Source of the DNA: Fonticula alba ATCC 38817
Taxonomy: Eukaryota > Protista > Nucleariida
NCBI GenBank assembly: GCA_000388065.2
Contig: KB932203.1
DNA length: 56,167 bases
Direction: 5' to 3' (one strand)
Part shown: positions 12,295 to 25,845 of the stretch, one piece after another
Layout of the letters: the number at the start of each line of letters is the position of its first letter
How positions within the stretch are numbered: position 1 is the stretch's first letter
Notes under the pieces: model-generated
The model's input: only the letters and a program-made list of their open reading frames with translations
Told to the model about the DNA's origin: nothing
Database searches by the model: none
Program-made: the position numbers and the translations under genes

Positions 12295-13028
12295 TTAGGA
12301 GGACTGAACGTAGGTGGTCTCCTTGGGGCGACCGCCGACAGACCAGAGCTCACGGAGGGTGGCAGTGACACCGATATCGCGGCTGTTCAGGTGGGTCATG
12401 GAGACAAAGGTAGCAGCGCAGACAGCCAGCGAGAGGACACCAGCAGCGCGGTTCAGGAAGGGCATGGAGCGCTTGGGGATGTAGTCGGTAATGCAGGACT
12501 GCGATGGAGGCGGGTTGCAAATGTGAGTGCCGGGGCCGGTGTGTATGGAGATCGGTGGGTTGTTGCATGAGGCGAGCCATGGGCATGGGAGGATGTGCGC
12601 ACCCCAAAGCCAAAGTAAAGGTGGACCGGGATCAGGCCAGCGAGGATGGAGTCGACGGCGGCGGAGGGGAGGACAAAGTAGCCGGGAATCATGAGGGCAA
12701 TACCGACGGCAGAAACTAGATGGCTGGGTTAGCGGGACAGGGGGCCGGCGTGTACTGCGGCGCGAGGGAGCAGATAGCATAGGGCCGGAGGGAGGGTGAA
12801 ACGCACGGCGATCAACAGTCCAGGCAGTGTGGGCAGAGCCTGAGGAAAAGCCCGAGGAAGATGGAGATGGTCAAAGAGAGTGAGTGGCCAGGCGCGCAGC
12901 GGGGCTAGATGCAGTGTGTCCGGAGACAGGACAGACGCACCGGTGGACATGGAACGGCGGGCAAGGGCACCGGCGGCAGCGGTCTGCTGGACGGCCTGGC
13001 GGTTGATGAAGGGACGAAGGGCGAACAT
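12295..13028 (-). CDS. SDH4: Succinate dehydrogenase cytochrome b small subunit (CybS/SDHD), exons 13028-12941, 12839-12807, 12715-12603, 12498-12295, 145 aa
   Basis: Arg-rich presequence MFALRPFINRQ..., then AWTVDRLS (HWxxER-like), D..LA....HLYFGFG SCITDYIP and LRELW. The four exons sum to 438 nt in frame with GT-AG junctions. Confidence 0.85.
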
Positions 13029-14511
13029 GGCTTCGAAGGCGGTGGACTATGAGGGAAGGCGGGGGCAAAGGTGAGATGGTGTCGGGGGAGGGGGGACATT
13101 GGAGGGAGGAAAGTGCGAGGGCTGCTCTTGCCCGCAGCACAGGGGGAGGGCAAGGAGAGAGTGCATTGCACGCAGGCAAGGCCGACGCCCGGGCCGGTAT
13201 CCCCCACATCCTGCCCCTGTGCCTGTTTAGATGCATTCTCAGGGAGACACCAAATCGTGATCCCTTGACACCTGCTCCTTGCGAGGAGGAGAGGGAGGAG
13301 GCAGCATCAGGGGCGCAGCCAGTGGCACTGGGGAGATTGCTGTGAGGCATCAGAAAGGGGGGGGGGGGAGGCCCGTGCGCAGCGATGCATGGGCCAACTG
13401 TGGGGAGACCATGGTGCGGGAGAGGGAAAAGAAAAAGGACGGGGTGTAGGCATGCGAGGGGCGAGCGCAGGGCAGAGGCAGGGAGAAGGGCGAAATACCT
13501 GCGTCGGGGGAGGAGCGAGAGAGGGGGGGGGAGAAAGGGGGAGGAGGAGGGGGAATAGAGGGCAGCGTTGGGGCGGCGCCCGAGAGGACGCCGCACTTGG
13601 CGAGGAGACTTTTGAATATGGGCCCAGGTCGGTGGAGGAGAGGCGAGGCGTGCCGGCCTCCTCTCCCGCTCCTCCCGGGGGGCCGCCCTGCCCTGACGCG
13701 AGTGATGGATCACAATCGGCTCTCTCTCTCTCTCTCTCTCTCTCTCCCTGAAGGGCCTAGGCTGCGCTTTGCGGCAGGGTGGCGGCGATGGAGCTCACCC
13801 AAAGACAAGGCGGGGACAGACCGGGGTGGCCTAGTTTGCGGCCCCGCCCTCGCCGCCTGCCAAAGATGGAACCGTGGCAGCTGCCATCTGTCCTTTGGCT
13901 CTTACTTGGATGAGGAGCTGTGCGCCTGGGCAACGTGTTCTGCTGGTCGGTGTTCTCCACCCCCAATCACCGTCCCCGCGCTGGGCTACTCTTGCCGCTG
14001 GTCAAGAGGAGCGCACCGCCAGTCCGCCGGGCCTCGGGGCCGAGAGGGGCTCGGCCTGCCGGGCTAGTTGACAGTGCGCGAGGGGGGCTGGCGGGGGGGG
14101 GGGGCATCTCGTTGTCCCCCCCCGAGGCGGGCCATTATTCCGCGCGTCCACCTGCCGGGGCACTCATCGGCCGACCATTACCTAAACCCAGTCCCAAGGG
14201 CGGGGTTCTGGCCGACCGATTCCTCGGCACTTAATCACCTCTCGGGAGATGGGGAAAATAGCTGTGCTTTCCCGGACACATGCGCAAACACGCGTCCGGA
14301 CGCTGTCTTCTGCGTGCCGTGCTTCAGTGGGCATTTAGATGAGATGATCACACGGGCAATTGACACACTCACATGGTGTCATATTCGTTGGGTTCTATTT
14401 GGGGGCATGGGACACGGAGGAGGGAGAGGAAAGAAGAAGGAGAACATGCACAGGAGACGAGGCGACGTCAGCATGGCGGCCGATCGGAGGCACTGCAACA
14501 AGCAGACAGGC

Positions 14512-16815
14512 CTAAGACGAGGCGGCGGGGTCCGTGGTCGGGGTGGTGGCCGATGCCGCCGCGGCCGCGGCCGCCGCTGCCTTCCTCCTGGCCAGATGCG
14601 GCGGGACGAAGGGCCGCTTGCCGGTTCGCTGATTGTCCTTGGCGGCCACATGGTTCGGCGTCCAGGGGCCAAGCGAGCCGCGTGCATAGAAATCCATCGG
14701 GTAGACGGCCTGCCAGGCGATCTGGTCCAGAGTAACATGGAGCTCATACGGCGTGAGCAGTGGCTTGTCGAAGGAGTAGCCCCAGTCAATGGACAGGCGG
14801 GGGCAGGCAACCTGGACCCAGCNNNNNNNNNNNNNNNNNNNNNNNNNNNNNNNNNNNNNNNNNNNNNNNNNNNAGGGACTCGCGAATGGAGCGAGCCTCG
14901 TAGGAGTCCTGGCGGACGAAGGTGTTCTCGTAGCGGTCAAGGAACTCGAGGTAAAGCTTGTCCTCAGCCGAGAGGGACTCCTCACCGACGACGGCCTTCA
15001 TGCCGGCAACATCCATACCCTGAGCATAGTTGGCGTACTGTGTGTGGGTGTGTGCGGTTCCGGGGGCGGGGGCGGGGGGGGGGGGGGGGGGGGGGGGCCA
15101 CGGGATGGTCAGTGGATGTGGGGGGGGGGGGGGGATTGCAAACGGGAGATCAGCAAAGGGATGGGATGGCATGGAGCAGGTGAGACGCAAGGTAATCGGA
15201 GGAACGCACGCGTCCACATGGCGGAACATGGCCAGCTTCTTGGGCATGATCTCCGAGAGGAGGACCACGGTGAAGGTCTTGCCAGCCTCCGTCAGGCTGG
15301 TCTTGAGTTTCTGCGAGGGGCGCAGCAGGTATAGCGGGAAAGGAAGCCAAGACAATGGGTCAGAGTCGCAAAAAGCACATGGAAAGGAGACACCCGAAGC
15401 AGGGGAAAGATGCATACCTCCACAACCTTGGGGCTGCCTTGGCGACCAAGGGTGCCGAGAATGATACCAAAGTGATTGGCAGTCTTGGCTATTTGGGCGA
15501 GACCCAGCGCCGGGGAGCGAGAGGGGCGGAGAATGTCAGAGGATCGGCAGGAGGGATGGAGGAAGGACGGCAGGGGGATGTGTCGAAGTTTGCGGTAGCA
15601 GGGCGCACCTCGCTCGATGGCCTGCTTGCGATAGGAGTGCATCTCCTCGACCTCGTAGTACTCGCGAGTGAAGGACTTGGCATAGGGATCGTAGCGGAAG
15701 GCCGGGAGCTCGGGATTGGCGATCATGGCAGCCTCGAGATGGAAGCGACCATCCGCCAGGTAAACCATGGCATCCAGGCTGGTCACCGTGTCGTCGGCAT
15801 TTTTCAGACCAACGAACCGCGGTGCCGTACAGCCAAGAAGCTCCCCCGGCGACAGGGGCCGCGATTGGGGAACCGTGATCTGGAATTCATCAGCCAGGAC
15901 CTTGCTCGCCATTGACAGGGAGGCCAGGAATTGGACTGTCCCGACAAAGGCCAGCTTTGACTGGGGGGGGAAATTCAACCTGACCGTCTCGATGAAGTGC
16001 TATGGTGGTGCCGAGAGGGAGGATGGAGAGGGAGCAGGGAAAGGAGGGGGCAATGGTCAGAGGAAGGGACGCAAAGGGGAGTCGTGTGTGGATGGTGGAG
16101 CCCGTATCGCGGTGCTGCGAAAGCATGTACCTTGACATCGACGGAAATATCCACGAAAATGTACATGGTGATGATGCCGGTAACGTCAATCGGAACCAGG
16201 CAGCTGTGGCCATAGTGCAGGAGGAAGTCGCATCCGGCCGCCATGGCTGAGAAGTCATCGATGCAACAGGCGCCATAGGTGACATCGCCAAGGATGACAC
16301 AGGTCACATCGCAGAACCTACTCTTTGTGGTCAGAGGGGAGGCCGGGAACAGTGGGGCAACGGAATGGCAGGACAGGCGGCGCACCTCTCCAGGATGTCA
16401 CTGATCGGGCATGCATACATCATCAAGCCCTCGGGGAACTGCATGCCGACTGGCGGGGCGGACAGGAGCCAAAGAGGGGGAGGGGAGGGGAGGGGGGGGG
16501 GAGAGAGAGGCATGAGCATATGTCAGCTACGTGGCACCAGAGACCGCACGGCACACCTCCAACCGCGGAGGAGGCAATGTGAGAAGGCAACGCACCCCGC
16601 TTGACCTTATCCCGGCGCAAGCGCCACACGGTCTTGTGGATCTCGAAGTTGTAGTTGGTCGGCAACTGCTGAATGGCCGCATTGAGCTCCTCGTCATTGA
16701 GGATCTCCTCAGGCACGAGGTTCGAGCTGAAGGCGGCCGAGGGCTTCTTGGTAACCGAGGCGCCTCCGATGTCCTCGATCGCCATCAGAGCGACAGAGTC
16801 CTCCAGGGCAGTCAT
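14512..16815 (-). CDS. DPH1: Diphthamide biosynthesis protein DPH1, exons 16815-16596, 16449-16386, 16317-16131, 15999-15609, 15488-15418, 15310-15210, 14821-14512, about 447 aa
   Basis: [66 protein letters not shown] and PLLTPYE. All three Fe-S-ligating Cys motifs are present and the exon phases are consistent. Confidence 0.95.
14874..15070 (-). other. Second copy of a V-ATPase B last-exon fragment and its acceptor inside DPH1 intron 6 (probable misassembly)
   Basis: Near-identical to 17827-17921 plus 18105-18180. Bounded by an N-gap (14823-14873) on one side and a poly-G run on the other. Confidence 0.85.
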
Positions 16816-17717
16816 GTTTGTTGTGTGCGTGTGTGCGTGTGTGTGTGTGTGTGTGTGTATGTGTCTGTGCTGACGTGGCGACGGGACAGGAGAGATGAAG
16901 AGGTGGGGGATGGGGTGGAGGGGGGGAGATTACATAGAGGAGCTTCCGCCGGAGAGCTTGTGCGGAGGCCGAAAAAACTCCGCCTCGCAGGGCTCTCCCT
17001 TCCCGATCCGTGGCCAATCCTCAGGCAAAGGCCCGAAGGCGGGTCTTGATCGTACGCCAGCCACCACCCTCTCGCCATGCTTTTCGTAGGCGACGCATGA
17101 CCATCGTGCTGAATGTCCAGATCATTAACCCGGATCATCGGAGCGCATGGCATCCACCCCGGCTGGCCCGGAAACAGGGCGGAGAAAACAGTGTTGACCG
17201 ACGCCGGCTCTGGCCCGCCCCCCCCCCCCCCCGGAGAGCCGTCCCAGAAGGGGGGACATGGCCCCGACCTTCGAGCAGTCTCATTCATTCGATCCAGCCC
17301 AGCCTCCCCCGGGGCCCCGCCGCCGGCCGGTGTCCTCCCCCTCAGTTGGTTAGCACTTGGGGAGTCTTGGATTGCACATCATAGCCTCGCGCGCATTGTT
17401 CCCTCGGCCCGCAATCCCGAAGGAAGGCCGCACCCCGACAAGGCAGAGAGGGGTGACAACACCTGCCGCAAAGTGCATACATGACCCTGGCCTGGGGAGA
17501 GGGGGACATCTTGCGCCGCCCCCCTCCCCCCAAGCACGAATGACACACGCTTTTGGTTGCTACTTTTAGTGTGGTGTTTATATACTGAGAGAGAGAGAGG
17601 AGGGAGGGATGGGGGACAGACAGCCTGGGATGTGTGAAGCGGGTGTGCCGGCATACGCGACGGCTCCCTCGCTCCCGCCCCCTCCATGCCACGGAGAGAG
17701 GAGGAGAGAAAGCTCCC

Positions 17718-20293
<2,576 letters not shown>

Positions 20294-23055
20294 CTTGGCA
20301 GTAACTGGGAGAGGAGGCGGAGAGGAGTGTGTGGCAACGGCAGAGTTGGACGGGGAGCGAGGGGGAGGGGGGTGGCAAAAGGGAGGCACACGCGTCAGGA
20401 GCTGTTTGACGGGAAGCAGACACACAGGTGCATGTGCAAAGGGGCAGCCAAAGGGAAGGGGCAGAGAAACGCAAGGGGGGAGGGGGGCGGATGTGTGGGC
20501 GGGGGAGAAAGCGAGCGGCGCGAGGTGGGGGGGGGGGAGGAGAGGGGGGGGTACTTTAGAAGTGACTGAGAAGGCAGGCCCAGGCAATTTCCAAAAGTGG
20601 CTGAGGAACATGCCCAGCGCGGGGCAGTGGTTTGTCTCCCGAAAAAACTGTTCGGGCCCCCGATACACACACACACACATACGCACGTATCCGCACACAT
20701 GCGCACAAGCACACCCACGCCCGCACCCGCACAGGGAGAGGAAGTGCCGAGGAAGGGAGTGCAGGGATGACCAGGCCCCAGGCCAGACCGGCCAGGCCGG
20801 GCCAGACCAGGGGGCGGGGCGCCGGGCCCTGTGGCCCTGGTACACTGAGCGGGCCCACGCCACCCCCTCCCCCGCTGGGCCGGGGCGGTGCCGGGCACCA
20901 TGGCCGTGACTGGCCACGCCCAGGCGGGGGGGGGGGGGGCCGCGCCCGCACACGAGCCCGCCCACACTCGCCCCAGGCGGCGGTCCTCGGCCCCCCAACA
21001 ACCCCCAGGGTGTGGTGCTCTGGGCGCACACCGGTGACCGGGCCGCGCCGGCAGAAATAAAAGGACAACACTCCGCGTCGCCCACCACCCACACAGCGGA
21101 GGCCCTGGCACTGCGCAGGGGATACCGGCCCTGGTGTTCGGACATGGTCGGGGAGAGGGCGGCGGAGCCGGCGGGGGGGGGGGGGNNNNNNNNNNNNNNN
21201 NNNNNNNNNNNNNNNNNNNNNNNNNNNNNNNNNNNNNNNNNNNNNNNNNNNNNNNNNNNNNNNNNNNNNNNNNNNNNNNNNNNNNNNNNNNNNNNNNNNN
21301 NNNNNNNNNNNNNNNNNNNNNNNNNNNNNNNNNNNNNNNNNNNNNNNNNNNNCCCCGCCCCGCCCCGCCCCCCCAGGAGGCCCGGCCAGGCCCATGGCCA
21401 CCCCCCCCCCCTGCCGCTGCGCCCCAGCGCCTGCCCCACTCTCGCAACACGCCCACCAGTGTGGCTCTAGAACAGGCGCAAAGGCATAGGGGAAAGAAAT
21501 AAAAACAGCGCTGGTTGGTCACAGGTCAGCTGGCCCCGGCCCCGGTGGCCCAGCCTCCACCACGGCGCTGGAAAAAAAGGACCCGCAACAGCAGCGGCGT
21601 CGAGCAGGCGCACCTGCACCAGCGAGAGTCTCAATTGGCACACGCTCTCCTGTGCGACCCTCCTCGGGAGGGGGAGCTTTCCGCCAGGCGGTCCGGAGGG
21701 CGGGGGGGCGGGGGTGATGACTGGCCAGCATCGGGCTGGCCCTGGCACCCCCCCCCCTCGGTGGGGGACCCGCGCCCTCCGGGGGGCCTCGGAGGCATCG
21801 GGGACAAGGGGGGGGGGGGGTGCCGGAGAGAGGTGTGCTCCGCACATTCGGCGAAGAGCACAGAGTATTGCGCACACTGGGCCAGGGTCTGGGCGCTCGC
21901 TCCGGGCACTCACTTCCGACCTTGGCAGCTGGGACGCAGATGCCAAGGGCCGAGAAGCGAGGGCTCGGTCGAACAAAGGCGCGCCCGGCAGCATACAGGC
22001 TTGAGCCGCATTTCGGCCGGGTGCTGATGTGTCCTCCGGGTCCAAAGAAAAACCCTTTTAAAAGAAAACAAATATACGCCTGACTTACAAGCCCCTTTCA
22101 CAGATCGGCTGGTTCCGACCTGTTTCCATTTCCTGCCAGGTGTGCGCACCTGGGCTACGTGGTCTCTCTCTCTCTCTCGGCGCACGGGGAGGCCTCCAGC
22201 GCTCTGGGCCTGCAGCGACGAGACCCCCCCCCGCTCCCTCTCCCCCCGTCCACCCAGACGCGGGCGGTCCTTGGCCCAAGGATCCCGGTGGACCCTCTTG
22301 TTCGGGGGGGGGGGGGGGGACGGGGGAGTCCTCTGGATGCAGGCACATCCACCTTCCGGGGGCTATCCAACTCCATCGGCCGATTTCTTCAACCTCGGGA
22401 TACTCCAGGCCCAATAGCACTCGGGGCCCGAGGCAGACGTCCGCCTGCTCCGGGACCGCTCCCAGGGCGTCGTGCCGTTGACCTGGCGAGCCCGTCCGTG
22501 CAGGACCCGAGCGGCCTTGGCACCCGCGTACGCCGCGCCCCAGCAGGCAGCGCCCCGCGCCCTCATCCGGGCCCGGAAGCGGCACGGCGTGCCCACCCAC
22601 ATTTTTAGATGTTGTTGTTTATTGAGGGAGGTGGGGGGGGGGGGGGGGGTGGGTCTGGGTGCCGAGAACATATGCGCACGGGCCTTTTTGGCAGCAGCCT
22701 GTAGCTCGGCATGAGTGAGCGAGTGTGAGCACGCACAGGGAGTAGCCCTCCTTGCCCCCAGTCTTGCTGCCCTGAAATAAAAACTCTGGTATACAGGGAC
22801 AATCAAGATACAAGCACACAGACACAGACACACGGTGGAAATGGGGTACGGGGATGTGCGAACGCGAGTGACCGGACAGGCATAGCCTGTGTGCCGGCTC
22901 CCGCGCGCAAGCAGCTCGACCCTAGGTTCAAAAATGGCCAAGGAGCAGCAACGGGGGGGGGGCTCCCTGCCCCCTCGAGAATCCACCCGTCGTCCCCCCC
23001 CCCCCCCGCAGACACAGAAGAAAAAGCGCCCCGTCCGTTTGCGGCCAGGGTTGGC

Positions 23056-24788
23056 TTACTTCCAGCGGGAGGTGAGGTACTCGAGCTTCACATGATCCAT
23101 GGAACGCTTGATCACGTTGATGTCCGACTCAATCGCGACCAGCCTGGTATGGTGAAAAACTGATCAGTATGCCGTTTGGATGCGGGATTTGTGGCTCAAA
23201 AATGTTCCTCCCGTCCCCGTCGAGGCCGGGCCCGATCGGGCGAAGCGCAGGACAGGGCGGCCCCAAGGACCTGGCTGTGTTGGGGGGGGGGGGGAGAGGG
23301 GAAGCGAAACAAACCGGCGACGAGACGCACCGCTCGGTATCCAGGCCGGCCTTGTTGTAGAGCTTGGCCTTGCGGGAAGAGGTGCTGACATGGTGCAGAG
23401 CCTCGTAGGTGTAGTCCTTGCGCGAGCCGAGGTAGAAAATGTAGCCCATGATGCCGGTACCTTTTTTTTTTTTTTTTTCGTTGGGAACGAAGAGGGGCAG
23501 GTAAGACGGGTGCCAGACACAAGGCGAGCAGGATGTGAGGGTGGATCCGGGGGGGGGGGGGAGAGAGGGAGGGGGGATGGCACGCGAGGCGGCATCGTGG
23601 CGTACCAAAGGTCAGGAAGTAGGCAATCGGCTCCATCACATCCCAGGAGAGGTCCCACCAGGTGAGACGCATCATAGCGCCCCACTGGACGACGATGAAG
23701 GCCAGACCAGCCTTAACCAGGCGGTCCGAGAACTGCGCCAGCCAGTCCCGGAAGGGGGAGGAGGGGCACACCGGGTCAATGCCTCGGGCGCAACGAGGGC
23801 AACCAAAAGGATGGGATGGAGCACAGGGGGGCGGCATGGCAAAGGGATACATACCTTCTGGGCACGCTGGTCACAAAGATCCTTGATCTCGAGCAGGGGG
23901 GCACGCTCGGCGATCAGCTCGGCAAGAAGCTTCTCAGCATCGCGGGTCCGGTCTGTTGGGCACATGTTTTTGGGCCACCACATTGCGGGGAGAGTAAGTA
24001 CGAATGCAACATGTGGCCACCTAGCAAGAGGGCCCCAGCCCCCAAGTACGTACGCGCAAGGGTCGGCAGGTTGAGGTGCAGCTCCGGCGCGTCGGGCTTG
24101 TCAGTCAGGGGACGAATGGTCACCGCGCCGTCGGTCCCTGGGCCGAGGACATCTTTTGAGGCGGCAGGAACAGTCAGTACGGGAGGCCACAGGGCGGACG
24201 TGGTGGGAGAGCCTATTCTGCGTACCAGCCAACACCGAGGCGCGACTGATCCGGTTGCCATGGGCATCGAAGGCGCCCAGGGTGACTCGCTGGTTTTCAG
24301 CCTCCAGAGCAGCGAGAAGCGAGTCGACCTGGGAGGCGAGTGGGGGGATTAGCCGGGGTTCAGTGTGGCAAGGTGTGTCACGGAGGAGCAGAGGGCCAGG
24401 GCAAGATGAAGAGGACCGGGAGAGAGAGGGGAGGGAGGAGGAGGAGGAGGGGGGGGGGGGAGGCAAAGGGGCAGGGGCGGCACAGACAAGAAGGGGAGAA
24501 GACGCACAGGCCGGTGGACATCGATGTGGATGTGGAGGTTGCGGTCCTTGGTGTTGTTGTCGACTGCGGCGGCAGCAGCTCCGCCGACAAACTGCCGGGG
24601 AACGGTGATGCGCCCACGGGAGGAGAAGAGAGTCCCCACAACCGAGCCGACACGCGGATCCTGCAGGGGGGCCTTGTCAAGACGCGAATAGTCCGGGATC
24701 TGCGCCTCATTGCAGGCAAACTCGACTGTAGTGTCTGGGTGTACACATGTGCCAGGGTGAGTAAGGACGTGTGTACTGCGAGTGTGCA

Positions 24789-24833
<45 letters not shown>

Positions 24834-25007
24834 GCGTGGCCAATCGGAACAGGTGGGCGACGAGAGGAGATGTATGCCGGGCGTACTCAGGATGTTGGGT
24901 GTGGCAACAGCCTTGGCCGCGGGGACAGCAGCCGAAGCAGCGGCACTGACCGCGGTTTTGGCGGTCGAGGAAAACAGGCGCCGCGAGAGGAAAGCGGCCG
25001 AAAGCAT
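23056..25007 (-). CDS. MCU: Mitochondrial calcium uniporter, exons 25007-24887, 24734-24508, 24328-24226, 24152-24054, 23952-23855, 23732-23606, 23460-23331, 23143-23056, 330 aa
   Basis: Presequence MLSAAFLSRRLFSSTAK. Two TM helices flank the selectivity filter RLTWWDLSWDVMEPIAYFLTFG, followed by YIFYLGSRKDYTYEAL, with coiled coils on both sides. The 8 exons sum to 993 nt in frame. Confidence 0.9.
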
Positions 25008-25845
25008 ATTGGGAAAAGGAGGGGAGGGCGAGCGAGAGAGGCGCAGGCAATGGAAGGGAAAACAGCGGGGAGGCCCGGTGGCTCGGGTCATTGGCACCAC
25101 CGCGTGAGGTGGGCTCCTTTTGCTGGGCGTGCCTGGGTGGCAACGGTCGTTTCGCTCGTCTCCCGGTCGTCGCAAGATCTCCCAGTTGGTGTGTAGGCCC
25201 GGGGGGGGGGGGGGGGCGACCTCCGTGAATGGAGCTCAGTCCCAAGAGATCGGACGGGGGAAAATGTCTCCGATACCACCCGCATACCTTTGCTCCCGTT
25301 GGTCCTTGATGCTGGCCGTTTCTCAACGCAAAGGCGGGCGCAACAGTCGGGGCGGCGGGGGGGGGAACCCCGTGCCGATCCGATGGCCGGCCCCGAGGGG
25401 AGGGACGATGCAGGGGCTCGCCCCCCCCCCCCCCCCCCCCGCCGGCCCCTGCCCCGCCATCCAATGCTGGCGGTCTTCTCCAATGTGTACAGGAGGGCCG
25501 CCCCGACGAAATGGCCCCCCAACCTGCGGCCGTTCCTCATGCACCGCGGGAGCGGGGGCTTGCCCAGCTCGGACATCCGGCGTCGGGGTGTTGGCGCCCG
25601 GCCAGAAGTCTCATACCATTTCCCACAGTGCCCTTTGGGCCGAAAAAAAAAAGGCAAAGATAAAGGGGCGGGCAGAGGGCGGGACACGACCGGTGGCAGT
25701 GGATATTGCACACGGAGGTCTCTGTGAAAATGTATTCGGTCATCACATGAACAGGATGTGGGTGTGCCTTTCTTTGCCCGCGCAAGCACGAATGCACTCG
25801 CACAACGGGAAGGAGAGCGGCTCTCCCCGACACGGGCCCGCGGTT

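Noticed and set aside
21467-22986. Protein-like minus-strand ORF fragments between VMA2 and MCU
   Set aside because: No consistent splice model, homology or codon bias.
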